Source of the DNA: a virus
Taxonomy: Duplodnaviria; Heunggongvirae; Uroviricota; Caudoviricetes
Strand: one strand, 5' to 3'
Virus record (IMG/VR): IMGVR_UViG_2718217860_000001
DNA length: 49,063 nt
Part shown: piece after piece, positions 1 to 11,010 of the stretch
How the letters are laid out: each line of letters opens with the position of its first letter
Position numbering within the stretch: the stretch's first letter is position 1
Position numbers and translations under genes: made by a program
The notes under the pieces: generated by a model
The model's database searches: none
Told to the model about the DNA's origin: nothing
The model's input: only the letters and a program-made list of their open reading frames with translations

Positions 1-1230
1 TTAGGCTACCAGAGCATTTGATCTTTGAGCTTGAACGTAATCACTCCACCATTGCATCAAACTCTGTCGCTCTATCAGATATTCTGCACGATTGTATGCT
101 GCGATAATTTCATCTTTTTTCGAGTGGGCAAGCGCTGCCTCAAGAACTTCAGCTCTGAATTTACCAGACTCCTCTGCCGCTGTTCGTGCAATAGAACGCA
201 TACCGTGAGCTACAAGCTCGCCTCCGAACCCCATTCGGATGATAGCTGCGTTGGCTGTTTGTTCATGCATATGATTAAGAGGCGCTTTTATGCTGGGGAA
301 AACCCATTCTCTATGCCCACTTATTGATTTCATTAATTCAAGGATGCGCAAAGCTTCTTTACTCAAAGGAACTTTGTGAAGCTTTTTCATTTTCATGAAA
401 TCAGCAGGAATGTTCCAAATGCTGTTGGTTGTATCAATATCAGACCACCTTGCGCGAACGGCTTCACCCGGACGAACCCATGTCAACAATTGCCATTCAA
501 TTAGCATACGTGTTTCCAACCGGATTGACGCATTCGTCAAAGATTCCATAAACCTTGGCAATTCGCTTGGGGGAAGGGCAGGCATATTTTGCTTTTTTGG
601 TTTACTGAATCTTTGACCAAGGTTGTCAGCCGGGTTGAACTCAATAAGTTCTTCAGTAGCTGCCCACCGGAAGATTTCATTCAGACGTGAAATGATACGG
701 CGTAGAGTTTCCAATACGCCTCGTTGCTCAATAGGATCAAGGTGTTGTTTTAAGAGCTTAGGTCGGATCTCATTGATAGGGACATTACCCAGACCGGGAA
801 AGACATTTCTCTCTAAGCTGCGCCAGATGTCTGCTGCATGGTCTTGTGAGATACCTGATGTCTTTACCTTCTCATCTAACCATTTCCGCGCTACGGCTTG
901 GAGAGTGTGCTCAGTAGCACTCTTTAATGCCTTCGCCTTATCGTTGTTATGGATTTGGGGATCAACACCATTTGCCAGAAAGGAGAGATATTCATCACGT
1001 AAGGCTCTGGCTCTTGCAAGGGTAAGGTGAGGATATGTCCCAAGGCTCATTTTGGTTCTTTTCTTGCTCACTGGTACTGCATACCTGAAATACCAATTTT
1101 TCTTGCCTCCTTTCGCCAAAGGAGCGATTCGTAGAATCAGACCATCACCGTCAAACAAGTTGATTTCTTTATCGGCTGGCTTGGTACTTTTGATTTCAGT
1201 GTCAGTGAGCTTCTTAGCGATTTTTGCCAT
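1..1230 (-). CDS. int: P4-type tyrosine integrase (IntA/CP4-57-like)
   Basis: ORF open from 1272, but ATG at 1230 has a GAGGG RBS and gives MAKIAKKLTDTEIK..., which aligns from the N-terminus with E. coli IntA as I recall it (DGDGL, WYFRY, DIWRSLERNVFP, MQWW motifs). Stop codon at 1..3. Sits ~165 bp from the ssrA 3'-end repeat, as intA does next to ssrA. Confidence 0.85.
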   Translation of the reverse strand: MAKIAKKLTDTEIKSTKPADKEINLFDGDGLILRIAPLAKGGKKNWYFRYAVPVSKKRTKMSLGTYPHLTLARARALRDEYLSFLANGVDPQIHNNDKAKALKSATEHTLQAVARKWLDEKVKTSGISQDHAADIWRSLERNVFPGLGNVPINEIRPKLLKQHLDPIEQRGVLETLRRIISRLNEIFRWAATEELIEFNPADNLGQRFSKPKKQNMPALPPSELPRFMESLTNASIRLETRMLIEWQLLTWVRPGEAVRARWSDIDTTNSIWNIPADFMKMKKLHKVPLSKEALRILELMKSISGHREWVFPSIKAPLNHMHEQTANAAIIRMGFGGELVAHGMRSIARTAAEESGKFRAEVLEAALAHSKKDEIIAAYNRAEYLIERQSLMQWWSDYVQAQRSNALVA

Positions 1231-1395
1231 TTTGGGACCCTCGGTTTTTGGACCCTTCTTAGTGGGTCCCATTCAGGGTGCCATAACTCGTAGTTCTCAG
1301 CAATTCTCACTGGACGACAATAGACGTAAAAAAGCCCGCAGAGCTTGTGCTGTGTGGGCTTAGTAGACTTCATTGAACTTCAAACAACTAAAAAG

Positions 1396-1428
1396 TGGTG
1401 GAGCTGGCGGGAGTTGAACCCGAGTCCG
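1396..1428. repeat. 33-bp direct repeat of the ssrA (tmRNA) 3' end; att-site remnant
   Basis: 1396..1428 (tggtggagctggcgggagttgaacccgAgtccg) matches 48662..48694 of the intact ssrA with one mismatch at 1423; flanking sequence diverges on both sides. Confidence 0.85.
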
Positions 1429-1500
1429 TATTTTTATAATTAGCTGAAATAAAACGATTAATACTAACCATTTTATTCTGCGGATCTTTTGCGGCTCCTT

Positions 1501-2400
1501 TTATGTCTGGATGTGGTCGTCAACACATCCTCTTTTAAATACAGGCGCTTTTACCTTAGTTGGATCATCTGTTTTAAAGATTTTCAATCGTTCACTGAAG
1601 AACATTACCTCAGATCCTTTGTACCGATCTTGAGCACTGTAGTTTATTCCATATACTAATGATGATGTCTTATACATAGCTTGGATCTCAGGAGTGTTAT
1701 CGTAAGAAACAATCCAAGGCGTTTTAATATTATTCTGTACGACTTTTGCAACCCTAACATGATCATCATGATCATAATGGTTGATATATAAACCTTTACC
1801 TTTTATGTAATAAGGTGGATCCAAATATGTTAATGAGTTTTGTGGCAATTGAATAACTATTTTTTTTATGAAATCAATTGCATCCATGTTATATAAATCT
1901 ATTCTGTGACGATTTTCTGATATTTTATGGATTCGAGAAATCAAATCACTCTTATTATAGCGAGCGTCAAGCTTCCATTTCCCTTCTTGATTTTTACCGC
2001 CAATTACACCACCTTTTAATATTCCAGAACGATTTGTTCTATTGAGAAAAAAGGTTGAGAAACCAATTGTTAAAAGATCATGGTCTTTAGGATTATTAAT
2101 TATATCTTTCTGCCTAAACCATTCATCCATTGTAACTTCTGTTCTTTCAATTAAAGAACATAATTGATCTGCATGATTTAATACACTGTGCCAAAAAGCA
2201 TAAACAGAAATATTAATATCATTAAGGATGATTTTTTCAGCTGCATTTAGATGTAACAGTTTCAATGCTAAACCAGCACCCCCAGCATATGGTTCGGCAT
2301 AATGTATAGGCGAAAGATTATTTTCTTCAATAATCCGAAGCATGAAATTTGCAAGCTTGCCTTTACCGCCAGGATAGCGAAGTGGGGTGTTAAAACGCAT
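1501..2400 (-). CDS. Dam-family (D12 class) N6-adenine DNA methyltransferase
   Basis: 299 aa. N-terminal AdoMet-binding region RYPGGKGKL...EPYAGGAGL resembles E. coli Dam (AGGK...EPFVGAGS); catalytic DPPY motif present (LDPPYYIKG). Low-GC gene with AGAGG RBS. Confidence 0.8.
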   Translation of the reverse strand: MRFNTPLRYPGGKGKLANFMLRIIEENNLSPIHYAEPYAGGAGLALKLLHLNAAEKIILNDINISVYAFWHSVLNHADQLCSLIERTEVTMDEWFRQKDIINNPKDHDLLTIGFSTFFLNRTNRSGILKGGVIGGKNQEGKWKLDARYNKSDLISRIHKISENRHRIDLYNMDAIDFIKKIVIQLPQNSLTYLDPPYYIKGKGLYINHYDHDDHVRVAKVVQNNIKTPWIVSYDNTPEIQAMYKTSSLVYGINYSAQDRYKGSEVMFFSERLKIFKTDDPTKVKAPVFKRGCVDDHIQT

Positions 2401-2431
2401 ATGATACCTCTAAATGTCAGATCTAAAGTAT

Positions 2432-2465
2432 ATCAAAAAAAGGGCTTTATGGCCATCACATAAAA
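2432..2465 (-). terminator. imperfect hairpin with U-tract between the ATPase and methyltransferase genes
   Basis: Minus-strand stem-loop (aagggttttatg...ccataaagccc) followed by a T-run, in the 79-bp gap 2401..2479. Confidence 0.3.
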
Positions 2466-2479
2466 CCCTTTTTAATCAA

Positions 2480-4059
2480 TTAGTTATCTGACAGATATGA
2501 TGAGATGGTAGCAGAATCGACACCATGTCCACTTATCATAATAACTTTAAGACTCTTTATTAGTTCATTCTTGAAGCTATCCGATTGCACAGGATTTTTC
2601 TCGACCCAATATCGATATGGGTTATCTTTAACTCGTCCTTTGACTTGGTCCTGAAATTGAGTCGTATGTGCAAAATCTTTAAACAGTTTTCTCACTCTCC
2701 CGCCATGATTTTTGTTAACTTTTTTATAATTATCTATAAGGATTTTTAAATCAATCGGAGCGTTACCAATCTTTAGCGTTGTAATTATGTCTTTAGCTGT
2801 TTTCATAAAAACAGATTTTGTAAATTTATTTTTATTTTCCCAATATGCATCATCAGGTGGTAAATTATATAAAAACTCAAAAATCATTTGGTCTGGAGGT
2901 AAGGTGCTTGGAAGCAAACATAAGTTTTTTTCTTTTTTGGCTTTTTTTGCATTAGCACTGTTGTCGTGAACAACATCACCGTCTAAGACGATCAAGCTTT
3001 TAGCTGTAAATTCTGGTATTTTTCTTGCCATTAAGTCAAGCATGGCAGAGCAGCTAATATTTATATTCCCTAATGGATTTAATATTTTATTTATTTTTCG
3101 ATCTGTTATCAATTGTTTGAAAAAGTCGAAACCTTCTTTGTCTTCAAAATATACATTTGCTTTTGGAAGACAAATGTCATCATTAATTTTTACAGTTTCA
3201 ACATGTAAATCAGCGTGGATATCTGTCCATGAAAGATTATTCTTTGTTTTAATATCTCCATATGTGTCTGTAAGATATATTGTTTTAAAGCTATCACTAT
3301 CTTGTTTTGAACGATTATAGATATCCTCTATTATTAATGGAGAGTGCGAGGTCATGATTATTTGCAGATCGTATTGTTTTGCTGCTTTAGTTAGAATATT
3401 AATTAGCTCTAACTGTGCAGCAGGGAAAAGACCTGCATCGGCTTCATCAATTAACAATATTCCGCCATGATAATCAGAATAAGTTTCCTTCAATCTTTTA
3501 AATGAAAAAATTGCTTGGATTAATTGTCCAACATTATCTTCACCAACAGATACTGATTGGTGATCATAATTGTCACCATGGACAACCATTGAATCGATAG
3601 TACCTTTTGTTGCTGTTACTGAGCTTCCATTGTTTTTTAGTAAGAGTTGGTTACTCATCATTCTGATTTCATCAGAATTTTCATTGATGTACTGAACATC
3701 CCGTGTTGAGTAATCAGTCCTTAATGTAATAGGAAGAAGTCGTGCTAAGCTTAAAAAAATAACAGGATGAGTAACGTTTCTACTTTGGTTTTTTTCCGGT
3801 ATTGAATCATTTCCCCTGACTACAGGCCTTGATTTATCTCTGTCACTGTAGCTGTATAAACCTAATGTTAGTTTTTCAAGATGTTTGTTCGATGCACCAT
3901 CATAGACACTAATTTTGACGTCCATTGAACCAGGAACATCAAATTGTTCTGAAAGCCTAAAATGTTCGCTGAAAGCTGACTTGAAGCTGCCATTTGTTAA
4001 TGTTTTATATTGTGTTAAATCAGTCTCAGGGTTTTTGGTAAAGTCCTTTGTAAAGCTAA
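2480..4059 (-). pseudogene. C-terminal part of an IS5-interrupted ABC ATPase with Toprim-like C-terminal domain (OLD-like)
   Basis: Reading frame is open upstream of the called Met (3925) all the way to the IS5 boundary at 4059, with no start codon. Contains Walker B ILLIDEADAGLF and H-loop MTSHSP typical of AAA_15/AAA_21 ABC ATPases. C-terminal region has a candidate Toprim signature: KEGFD and, ~50 aa later, LIVLDGDVV. Confidence 0.75.
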
Positions 4060-5254
<1,195 letters not shown>

Positions 5255-5412
5255 CTAAATATTTGGGCGATAATGCCAAGAATTGTGGATTTAGATGTGC
5301 CATTTTTACCACAAATAACAGTTAGGCGAGAACCAAACTCGATGTTTATATTTTTCAGTCCGCGAAACTTCACAACATTTATATTTTTTAGTTTGGTAAT
5401 TTGATTTGCCAT
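5255..5412 (-). pseudogene. N-terminal part (Walker A) of the same IS5-interrupted ABC ATPase gene
   Basis: MANQITKLKNINVVKFRGLKNINIEFGSRLTVICGKNGTSKSTILGIIAQIF carries the P-loop GKNGTSKST. After removing IS5 plus one CTAA copy (1199 bp) the frame continues without a stop into 4055 and on to 2480, giving a ~576-aa protein. Confidence 0.7.
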
Positions 5413-5470
5413 GTTTGTATCTTGCTCCGTAAAATGGCCACAAATTGTGGCCAATAGTTTCATGCTTGGA

Positions 5471-6637
5471 TTATATTGTTATCTTCTTCAAGCTTGTTTG
5501 TCCATCATATTCCTTCAGATATGAGCCATAGTGCCTGAAAAGCATCTCCGGTCCTTTATGCCCCATTTGAGCTGCAAGCCAAAACAGGTTTGCTCCTCGG
5601 CTGATATGGCTGGTGGCGAATGTATGCCTGGTTTGATATGGATTTCTGTATCGAATACCTGCTTTCCGCAATGTTGGAACCCATGCTTTTTTCCTGATTG
5701 CATCAGCACTTGCCCAAGGCTTATTGGTCTTTGGGTCTTCAAAGACAGTAGCATCCTTCATGAATGTAAATGGCTTCTGATTTATCAGCGCCAACATTGC
5801 TTCTTCTGTCAGTTCAACTTTACGAGTACCTGCTTTTGTCTTTGTCCCTTTGATAACACCGACAACACTTGCGCTCTGGACATGGGCAGTTTTTCCAACA
5901 AAGTCGATATCACGCCATCGAAGGGCACATAATTCAGAACTACGCAGGCCTGTATGTATAGCGAACCGGAACAGATTCTCCCATTGTTTGTTTCCGGCTG
6001 CTGCTAGTAATGCATCAACTTCTGCTGGTGATAGCGGATCAACCACGTAGCTGCTTTCTGCTTCTGACTTATCACTTTGGTAGCGCGAAGCAGTTACCAA
6101 CGATACGGGGTTAATTTGAAGTACCCCATCGGTTACGGCTTCATCAAGTGCTGACCGCAGGAAAGATAACTGGTTGCGAATTGTTTTTAAGGTCGTTTTC
6201 TGGCTTTGAATCCACGCTTTCAGGATTGCTGGTGTTAATTCACTTGCAGGGCAAATGTGGAGTGAGGCTAACGCACTACGGCATTTTTTATAACCACCAA
6301 TCGTTGAGGGTGAGAGTTTTCTCGTTTCGCAGATTTCAAGGTATTCGTCCAAGTACATTTTTACCGTTTTGCCTGCAGCAGCATTACCAAAAATTTTCAA
6401 ACGAGCAGAACGGGGAAAATATTCCGCATAAATGAATGTTCCCCTTTCGATCTTATTATGAATTTCGCCGAGTGTGCGCTCGGCGTATTTAATGTTCTTT
6501 GGTGTTACTTCCAGATTGGAAAGAGGCTCACGACATTTAACTCCTTTATAGGTGAAAGTTATATTGATCGTTTCGCCCTGGCGGTGTTTCCTGATTGTTA
6601 CGCCGCGCGGTAGTTTGAGCAGTTTTGTCTGGCCCAT
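5471..6637 (-). CDS. int: prophage tyrosine integrase (lambdoid, Arm-type N-terminus)
   Basis: 388 aa. C-terminal catalytic region with R...HxxR...Y context (QTRHTFATSHISRGANLFWLAAQMGHKGPEMLFRHYGSY); sits at the prophage end and is overlapped by a small upstream ORF, as lambda xis overlaps int. Confidence 0.85.
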   Translation of the reverse strand: MGQTKLLKLPRGVTIRKHRQGETINITFTYKGVKCREPLSNLEVTPKNIKYAERTLGEIHNKIERGTFIYAEYFPRSARLKIFGNAAAGKTVKMYLDEYLEICETRKLSPSTIGGYKKCRSALASLHICPASELTPAILKAWIQSQKTTLKTIRNQLSFLRSALDEAVTDGVLQINPVSLVTASRYQSDKSEAESSYVVDPLSPAEVDALLAAAGNKQWENLFRFAIHTGLRSSELCALRWRDIDFVGKTAHVQSASVVGVIKGTKTKAGTRKVELTEEAMLALINQKPFTFMKDATVFEDPKTNKPWASADAIRKKAWVPTLRKAGIRYRNPYQTRHTFATSHISRGANLFWLAAQMGHKGPEMLFRHYGSYLKEYDGQTSLKKITI

Positions 6638-6816
6638 TTTGCAACCTCACTAAGATCAATCCACCTCTCCTTAACGCCTTCAACCTTTAAAACCTGAACA
6701 CCTTCACGCCAAACACCGCGCTGTACACGTTTGTTTATTGCTTCAGGAGTTTCGCCAGTTTCTTTGCAATAAGTTGAGATTGGAACACAATCGAGGTTCA
6801 GCATATGTTTCTCCAC
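6598..6816 (-). CDS. excisionase-like small DNA-binding protein
   Basis: 72-aa ORF immediately upstream of int, overlapping its start by 40 nt; basic helix region KRVQRGVWREGVQ. Call rests on position and size. Confidence 0.5.
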   Translation of the reverse strand: MEKHMLNLDCVPISTYCKETGETPEAINKRVQRGVWREGVQVLKVEGVKERWIDLSEVAKWARQNCSNYRAA

Positions 6817-6863
6817 TTAGCCCGCTGCACACGGGCAGTAATATCAAATTCCAGTCCTGATAA

Positions 6864-7079
6864 TTAATTTTGTTCCCTGGTTGCTACCTGTTTTATTGGC
6901 CTGATGCTGTCCAGTAGCAGACGGCGACGCATGTTAGGTGCACCCCAACGGTAACCAGTCTTTTTGTCGTAGGATTCACAACGTCCGGCAACCCAGGACG
7001 TTTCAGTGGAATGTAATTTCATCCGCTTTTCACCGTCTCGGGTGATAACAATTCCTGTATGAGTTTTTATCACGCTCAT
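6864..7079 (-). CDS. hypothetical small protein (early-left operon)
   Basis: 71-aa ORF; its start overlaps the upstream gene's stop (ATGA at 7076..7079), suggesting translational coupling. Confidence 0.35.
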   Translation of the reverse strand: MSVIKTHTGIVITRDGEKRMKLHSTETSWVAGRCESYDKKTGYRWGAPNMRRRLLLDSIRPIKQVATREQN

Positions 7080-7438
7080 TTCTTAGTCTCTGGTGCTTTC
7101 GGCATTACTGCCCAGTGAGTGATATTGACGTTTTCAAGGTCCCCGACCTGAAATGTCCACTGCCATTCTCCGGTTTCTTTTTGTCCCCAGGTGTACCAGA
7201 GAGAACGCCAGCCAATCAGCCAGCCTTCTCCGTTAGCATCAAATAACAGAACACTTTCATTTGCTGGAGGCAGTTCAGCTGACACTGGTATTATTTTGCT
7301 TTCCAGTGCCGCACATTTAGCTTCAAGCGCGTCGAATTTACGTACCAGGTACTCAGCATTTGTTTCGTTCACTTTCAGATCTCGCGGTACACATTTCCCG
7401 CGAAGAAACCCTTCCATTTCGAAAACATTCATGCGCAT
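7076..7438 (-). CDS. hypothetical protein, YfdS-like (120 aa)
   Basis: 120-aa ORF in a colinear block whose sizes match the yfdP-yfdQ-yfdR-yfdS genes of E. coli CPS-53 prophage (120/274/178/120 aa, from memory). Confidence 0.45.
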   Translation of the reverse strand: MRMNVFEMEGFLRGKCVPRDLKVNETNAEYLVRKFDALEAKCAALESKIIPVSAELPPANESVLLFDANGEGWLIGWRSLWYTWGQKETGEWQWTFQVGDLENVNITHWAVMPKAPETKK

Positions 7439-7965
7439 TTGCGTAATTCCGATAATTCGTTAAAGCGTTTCATAAACATCCCGTAGGCATGGCCTGGAGC
7501 CAGTGGAATAACTTTGAACATCTCTGTTGCCGGGATACCTTCCAGTACAGGCCAGAAAGAGCCATCATCAAGCCCGAGATCGCGGCGTTCGGTTGCCAGC
7601 ATGATGAGATCGGCATATTTCACGGGCGTGCTCATAACCGGGGGTAACCCGTATTTCTCACGGATGACGACGTCTATTTTTTCTTCCATCCGTTTATAGT
7701 CAGGAAGAAGTCGTTTCAGTGGTGCGGGGATGTCCTGGCAATACGCTTCTGTTGCATCATGCATTAACGCTTCAAAAGCAAATTCCTGCGGCACCAGCTG
7801 GCTGCAAAGCACTGCATGCTGGGCGACACTGTAGAAGTGTGAAAGATGTCCTGCAAAGCGACAGATATTTGAAAGGGAAACCGCGATATCGTTAATCACG
7901 ATGTCGTCTTTATTTATCTTGTCATAATAAAAATGCTTCCCGGAAAAAGTTTTAATAAATGACAT
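7429..7965 (-). CDS. HD-domain phosphohydrolase (YfdR-like 5'-deoxynucleotidase)
   Basis: HD signature (…HLSHFYSVAQHAV…ALMHDATEAY…). ATG at 7965 has a GGAG RBS and gives 178 aa (MSFIKTF...); the ORF track starts further upstream at 7992. Confidence 0.75.
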   Translation of the reverse strand: MSFIKTFSGKHFYYDKINKDDIVINDIAVSLSNICRFAGHLSHFYSVAQHAVLCSQLVPQEFAFEALMHDATEAYCQDIPAPLKRLLPDYKRMEEKIDVVIREKYGLPPVMSTPVKYADLIMLATERRDLGLDDGSFWPVLEGIPATEMFKVIPLAPGHAYGMFMKRFNELSELRKCA

Positions 7966-8092
7966 TTTGTTCTCCACGTATATGCGCTGCACCGCGCTGA
8001 ATTTTGGTTAAAGAAAACCCTCGCCATCAGGCGATTATTGAGTCAATTATGTTTCCATAAATGCCCCCGCAGGGGCATTTGCAGTAAGGAAA

Positions 8093-8917
8093 TCAGGCGG
8101 TAAAAGTACCAATAAAGGTTTCTACTTTGCTGTCTTTGAATTTCTCAACAAGCAGATCACGAAATTCGTTAGCCATTTCTTCCTGCACTGCTTCCAGCTG
8201 AATAATGCGCAAAACCAGTACCGGACGATCGCCAGTGATAATGCTGAGGCGTAATTTAAACGGACGTTCTTTCAGGCCTTCAAACGGAACGCATTTAAAT
8301 TCAAATGCCACTGGCATAATGTCTTTGGTCTTCGCTTCGACAGATTCCATCAGGGAGCGTTTGCCGCTGAAGTCATTATCTTCAAAATCAGCGGTCTGGT
8401 TTGCTTCAATCGTGATTTTACGGACTGCCGCAGCCGCTTTTGTTGCCTGAATGGCGTCACCATTAGCATCAAAGCCCACAAGGTAGTCGGCCCAGTCTTC
8501 AATCCATTCTGCTAGTGACTTCTGGGAGTTACGCTCGCCGTTAACAGACAACAGAGCAGAGAACGGTGCTGTCTTTTTCAGTTTGAGTGTGGCGGTGTTA
8601 TCTGCGTGACCTGGTTCATCAATAGTACCCAGGTTAAGCACACTGACGGCACGCATATTATCAGCATCGATAAAGCAGCGGGTGCCTTCATCTGCAAGAT
8701 CTTTAGAATAACGGGTAAAGTCATCGATGCTGGCAGTGGAAAGCGCACCACGGAAACGGAAGCGATTTAAATTAAATTTTTCCAGATCATGAATGCGGAA
8801 ATTCTCAGGCAATGCCACAGCATCGGCACCAATCTTACTGATAATTTCATTAACACCCTGAGCAGAAATAAGGGCATGGATTTGATTAATTGCGGTTGCG
8901 TCTAAGTTCTGAGACAT
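8093..8917 (-). CDS. hypothetical protein, YfdQ-like (274 aa)
   Basis: 274-aa ORF; size and position fit the YfdQ family of lambdoid prophages. No catalytic motif recognised. Confidence 0.55.
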   Translation of the reverse strand: MSQNLDATAINQIHALISAQGVNEIISKIGADAVALPENFRIHDLEKFNLNRFRFRGALSTASIDDFTRYSKDLADEGTRCFIDADNMRAVSVLNLGTIDEPGHADNTATLKLKKTAPFSALLSVNGERNSQKSLAEWIEDWADYLVGFDANGDAIQATKAAAAVRKITIEANQTADFEDNDFSGKRSLMESVEAKTKDIMPVAFEFKCVPFEGLKERPFKLRLSIITGDRPVLVLRIIQLEAVQEEMANEFRDLLVEKFKDSKVETFIGTFTA

Positions 8918-8982
8918 AATAAGTCCTCACTATATAAAGATATTCAGTGATGAGATAAATAATCAGTTAATTAAGAACGATA

Positions 8983-9345
8983 TTAATGACCTGCTGCGCG
9001 AAGTTTTCCGTCAGGTTCACCGGCAAGAGTCAGTAATTGTCCCTGGTCTTCCTGCAGAATAGTCAGGCGACCACCGCGATTGACATACATCGGTGTTTCG
9101 GTGGTGTCTTCTTCAGAAATTTTCCCGCGGTTAGTCGGGCGAACATATGAGAGTTTGTGTTTGATTTTCACACGGTTCTCATCAAACGGTTCGATTTCCA
9201 GGTTGAGCGAGACCTTACCTTTGGTTTTCGTGTTCATCACACCGGAAGCGACTTCACTGAGAACAGCGCCGATTTTGGTTTCAAATACGCCGCCGTCCAG
9301 CTCCCCGATAAATGCCTGCACATCAGTACTGCGTTCGCTAGCCAT
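8983..9345 (-). CDS. hypothetical protein, YfdP-like (120 aa)
   Basis: ORF is open to 9576, but the internal ATG at 9345 is preceded by AGGAG and gives 120 aa (MASERSTDVQAFIGELDGG...). Confidence 0.45.
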   Translation of the reverse strand: MASERSTDVQAFIGELDGGVFETKIGAVLSEVASGVMNTKTKGKVSLNLEIEPFDENRVKIKHKLSYVRPTNRGKISEEDTTETPMYVNRGGRLTILQEDQGQLLTLAGEPDGKLRAAGH

Positions 9346-9978
9346 TTTGCTGCTCCTCATCATATCGACCCTGCAAGGTCGGTTGGTTTCTCCACAAAAC
9401 AGAGAAGAACACCTGCGGTGACTGCCGCCCGGATGGATTGGGTTATGAGCCCGTCGTCCGGTGATGCTCTTCTCTGTTTTGTAAAAAGAGCGGTACCAGC
9501 CGGAAGCAAGGGTACAAACTGGTACCGCCAAAGCAGTGGCTGTTGTGGTGGGGTTGTCACTCAGGCGTATGGTCAACCTGACAATCCGGTGTCCTCAACG
9601 GGGAAAGAGTAACCCCGCCATACTTACCGCCGCGCCATTTCGCGGATTACCACAACGCTGAGAGCACTTAGCCAGTTACGGCACCACACTTTGTCGCGGC
9701 TCCATAAATGCCCTCATCGTTGCACCCTGGTCTCTTCCCAGGCGTCAAACCGAATCGCCACGCTGGTTAGGCGTCTTATCAGCATCATCATTGACTTGCA
9801 CATTCCGGCTACCTGGTTTGTTTGCCCGAGCAAGGAGTGGATTGTCCCCTTTAACGTCCCCAGACCGCTAACGACGCATGTGCCATACGCCGTGTTACAA
9901 CCAAATTTTGTTTTAATCTTGCCTGTGTTATGTTTCTTTTAGATACATTATGTATCTCATGGGTACATTGTCAAGTAT

Positions 9979-10000
9979 AAAAAAACCTGCCGAAGCAGGT
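9979..10000 (-). terminator. rho-independent terminator downstream of the repressor gene
   Basis: Minus strand: hairpin acctgc-ttcg-gcaggt followed by a U-run, 14 nt after the CI stop. Confidence 0.5.
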
Positions 10001-10013
10001 TCATAAATATTGA

Positions 10014-10688
10014 TTAGGCCTTTATTGTGTATCTTCTTGGTTTTCCCGAGAAAATCACTGTACCAATTATAGAGCAATTACCGTTAATCTTAATGTAAGG
10101 CTCAGGCCAGTTTGGGTTTAATGCTTTGAGATAACGCTGTGTTCCATCTTCTATCAATCGCTTGAAGGTGGTTTCGCCTGTATCGTGCATCAATGCAATA
10201 ACGTCGTCACCGTGGCAGGCAGGGACTTCGGGATCAACAAAAATCATGTCTCCAGGGCGGTACTCATCAATCATTGAATCACCAATCACCCGCAAGATAT
10301 AAGTCATTTCGCCACAGGGTACAGGGCAGGGATACGTTTCTGCTGTGCTCAAATCAACCTCAGAATAGCCAACTTCTTTCCATGCTCCGGCCTGTACCCA
10401 TGATATGACAGGGACTAACGTTATTTGTTTGTTAGTGATTGAAACATCAGGTTTTTTTGTGATGTTCGTTGTCTGGTGTTCTTGATCAAGCCATCCGACA
10501 GGCAGGTCGAAACATTTTTCGATGTGCCGTGCCATGCTGTCACCGATATTTTTAGTAGCGCCATCCCCCATAAACCTGCTGGTTTGGGTTGGCTCGCGAT
10601 CAATCATGGTGGCAAAGGATGAATTTCCGCCAACACCATCTCTCAGTTTTCTGGCGTTAGACCGCCGGATGTCATGGATTGTTTTCAT
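10014..10688 (-). CDS. CI-like prophage repressor (HTH plus LexA-like S24 peptidase domain)
   Basis: 224 aa. N-terminal HTH region and C-terminal autocleavage-type domain (VIGDSM...GDMIFVD...); divergent from a Cro-like gene across a ~90-bp operator region. Confidence 0.85.
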   Translation of the reverse strand: MKTIHDIRRSNARKLRDGVGGNSSFATMIDREPTQTSRFMGDGATKNIGDSMARHIEKCFDLPVGWLDQEHQTTNITKKPDVSITNKQITLVPVISWVQAGAWKEVGYSEVDLSTAETYPCPVPCGEMTYILRVIGDSMIDEYRPGDMIFVDPEVPACHGDDVIALMHDTGETTFKRLIEDGTQRYLKALNPNWPEPYIKINGNCSIIGTVIFSGKPRRYTIKA

Positions 10689-10704
10689 AACGAAATTAAA
10701 ACCT

Positions 10705-10775
10705 TTGTACCGATAAGGTACAAGTATCTTGAAGGTTCATTTCAATCATGTAATATGTATACCGGAGGTACATAT
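10705..10775. promoter_or_regulatory. immunity operator/promoter region (candidate OR with PR)
   Basis: Perfect palindrome TTGTACC-gataa-GGTACAA at 10705..10723 and a related site TATACC-gga-GGTACAT at 10758..10773. Candidate rightward promoter: -35 TTGAAG (10729..10734), 16-bp spacer, -10 TAATAT (10751..10756). Confidence 0.5.
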
Positions 10776-10778
10776 TGT

Positions 10779-10979
10779 ATGAAAGCGTATTGGGACTCTT
10801 TAACCAAAGAACAGCAGGGCGAGTTGGCCGGAAAAGTTGGCTCAACACCTGGCTACTTACGGCTGGTTTTCAATGGTTATAAAAAAGCCAGTTTTGTGCT
10901 GGCGAAAAAACTTGAGCAATGCACGTCAGGTGCAATTACGAAATCTGACTTAAGACCGGATATCTATCCGAAAGATTAA
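10779..10979 (+). CDS. Cro-like HTH regulator (YdaS-like)
   Basis: 66 aa (MKAYWDSLTKEQQGELAGKVGSTPGYLRLVFNGYKKAS...); GGAGG RBS at 10764..10768; divergent from CI. Confidence 0.75.
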   Translation: MKAYWDSLTKEQQGELAGKVGSTPGYLRLVFNGYKKASFVLAKKLEQCTSGAITKSDLRPDIYPKD

Positions 10980-11010
10980 CAGAACACCTTCAATTTTTAA
11001 CCACAGAACG

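Noticed and set aside
1137-1373. 78-aa minus-strand ORF upstream of the P4-type integrase
   Set aside because: Overlaps the integrase N-terminal coding region in another frame and runs into the non-coding att-proximal spacer; no RBS.
1396-1428. Possible second tmRNA gene
   Set aside because: Only 33 bp of the ssrA 3' end are present; this is the displaced att copy, not a gene.
9080-9942. Plus-strand ORFs 9080..9421, 9157..9612 and 9691..9942
   Set aside because: Antisense to or overlapping the YfdP-like gene and the untranslated left-operon leader; unusual composition and no start signals.
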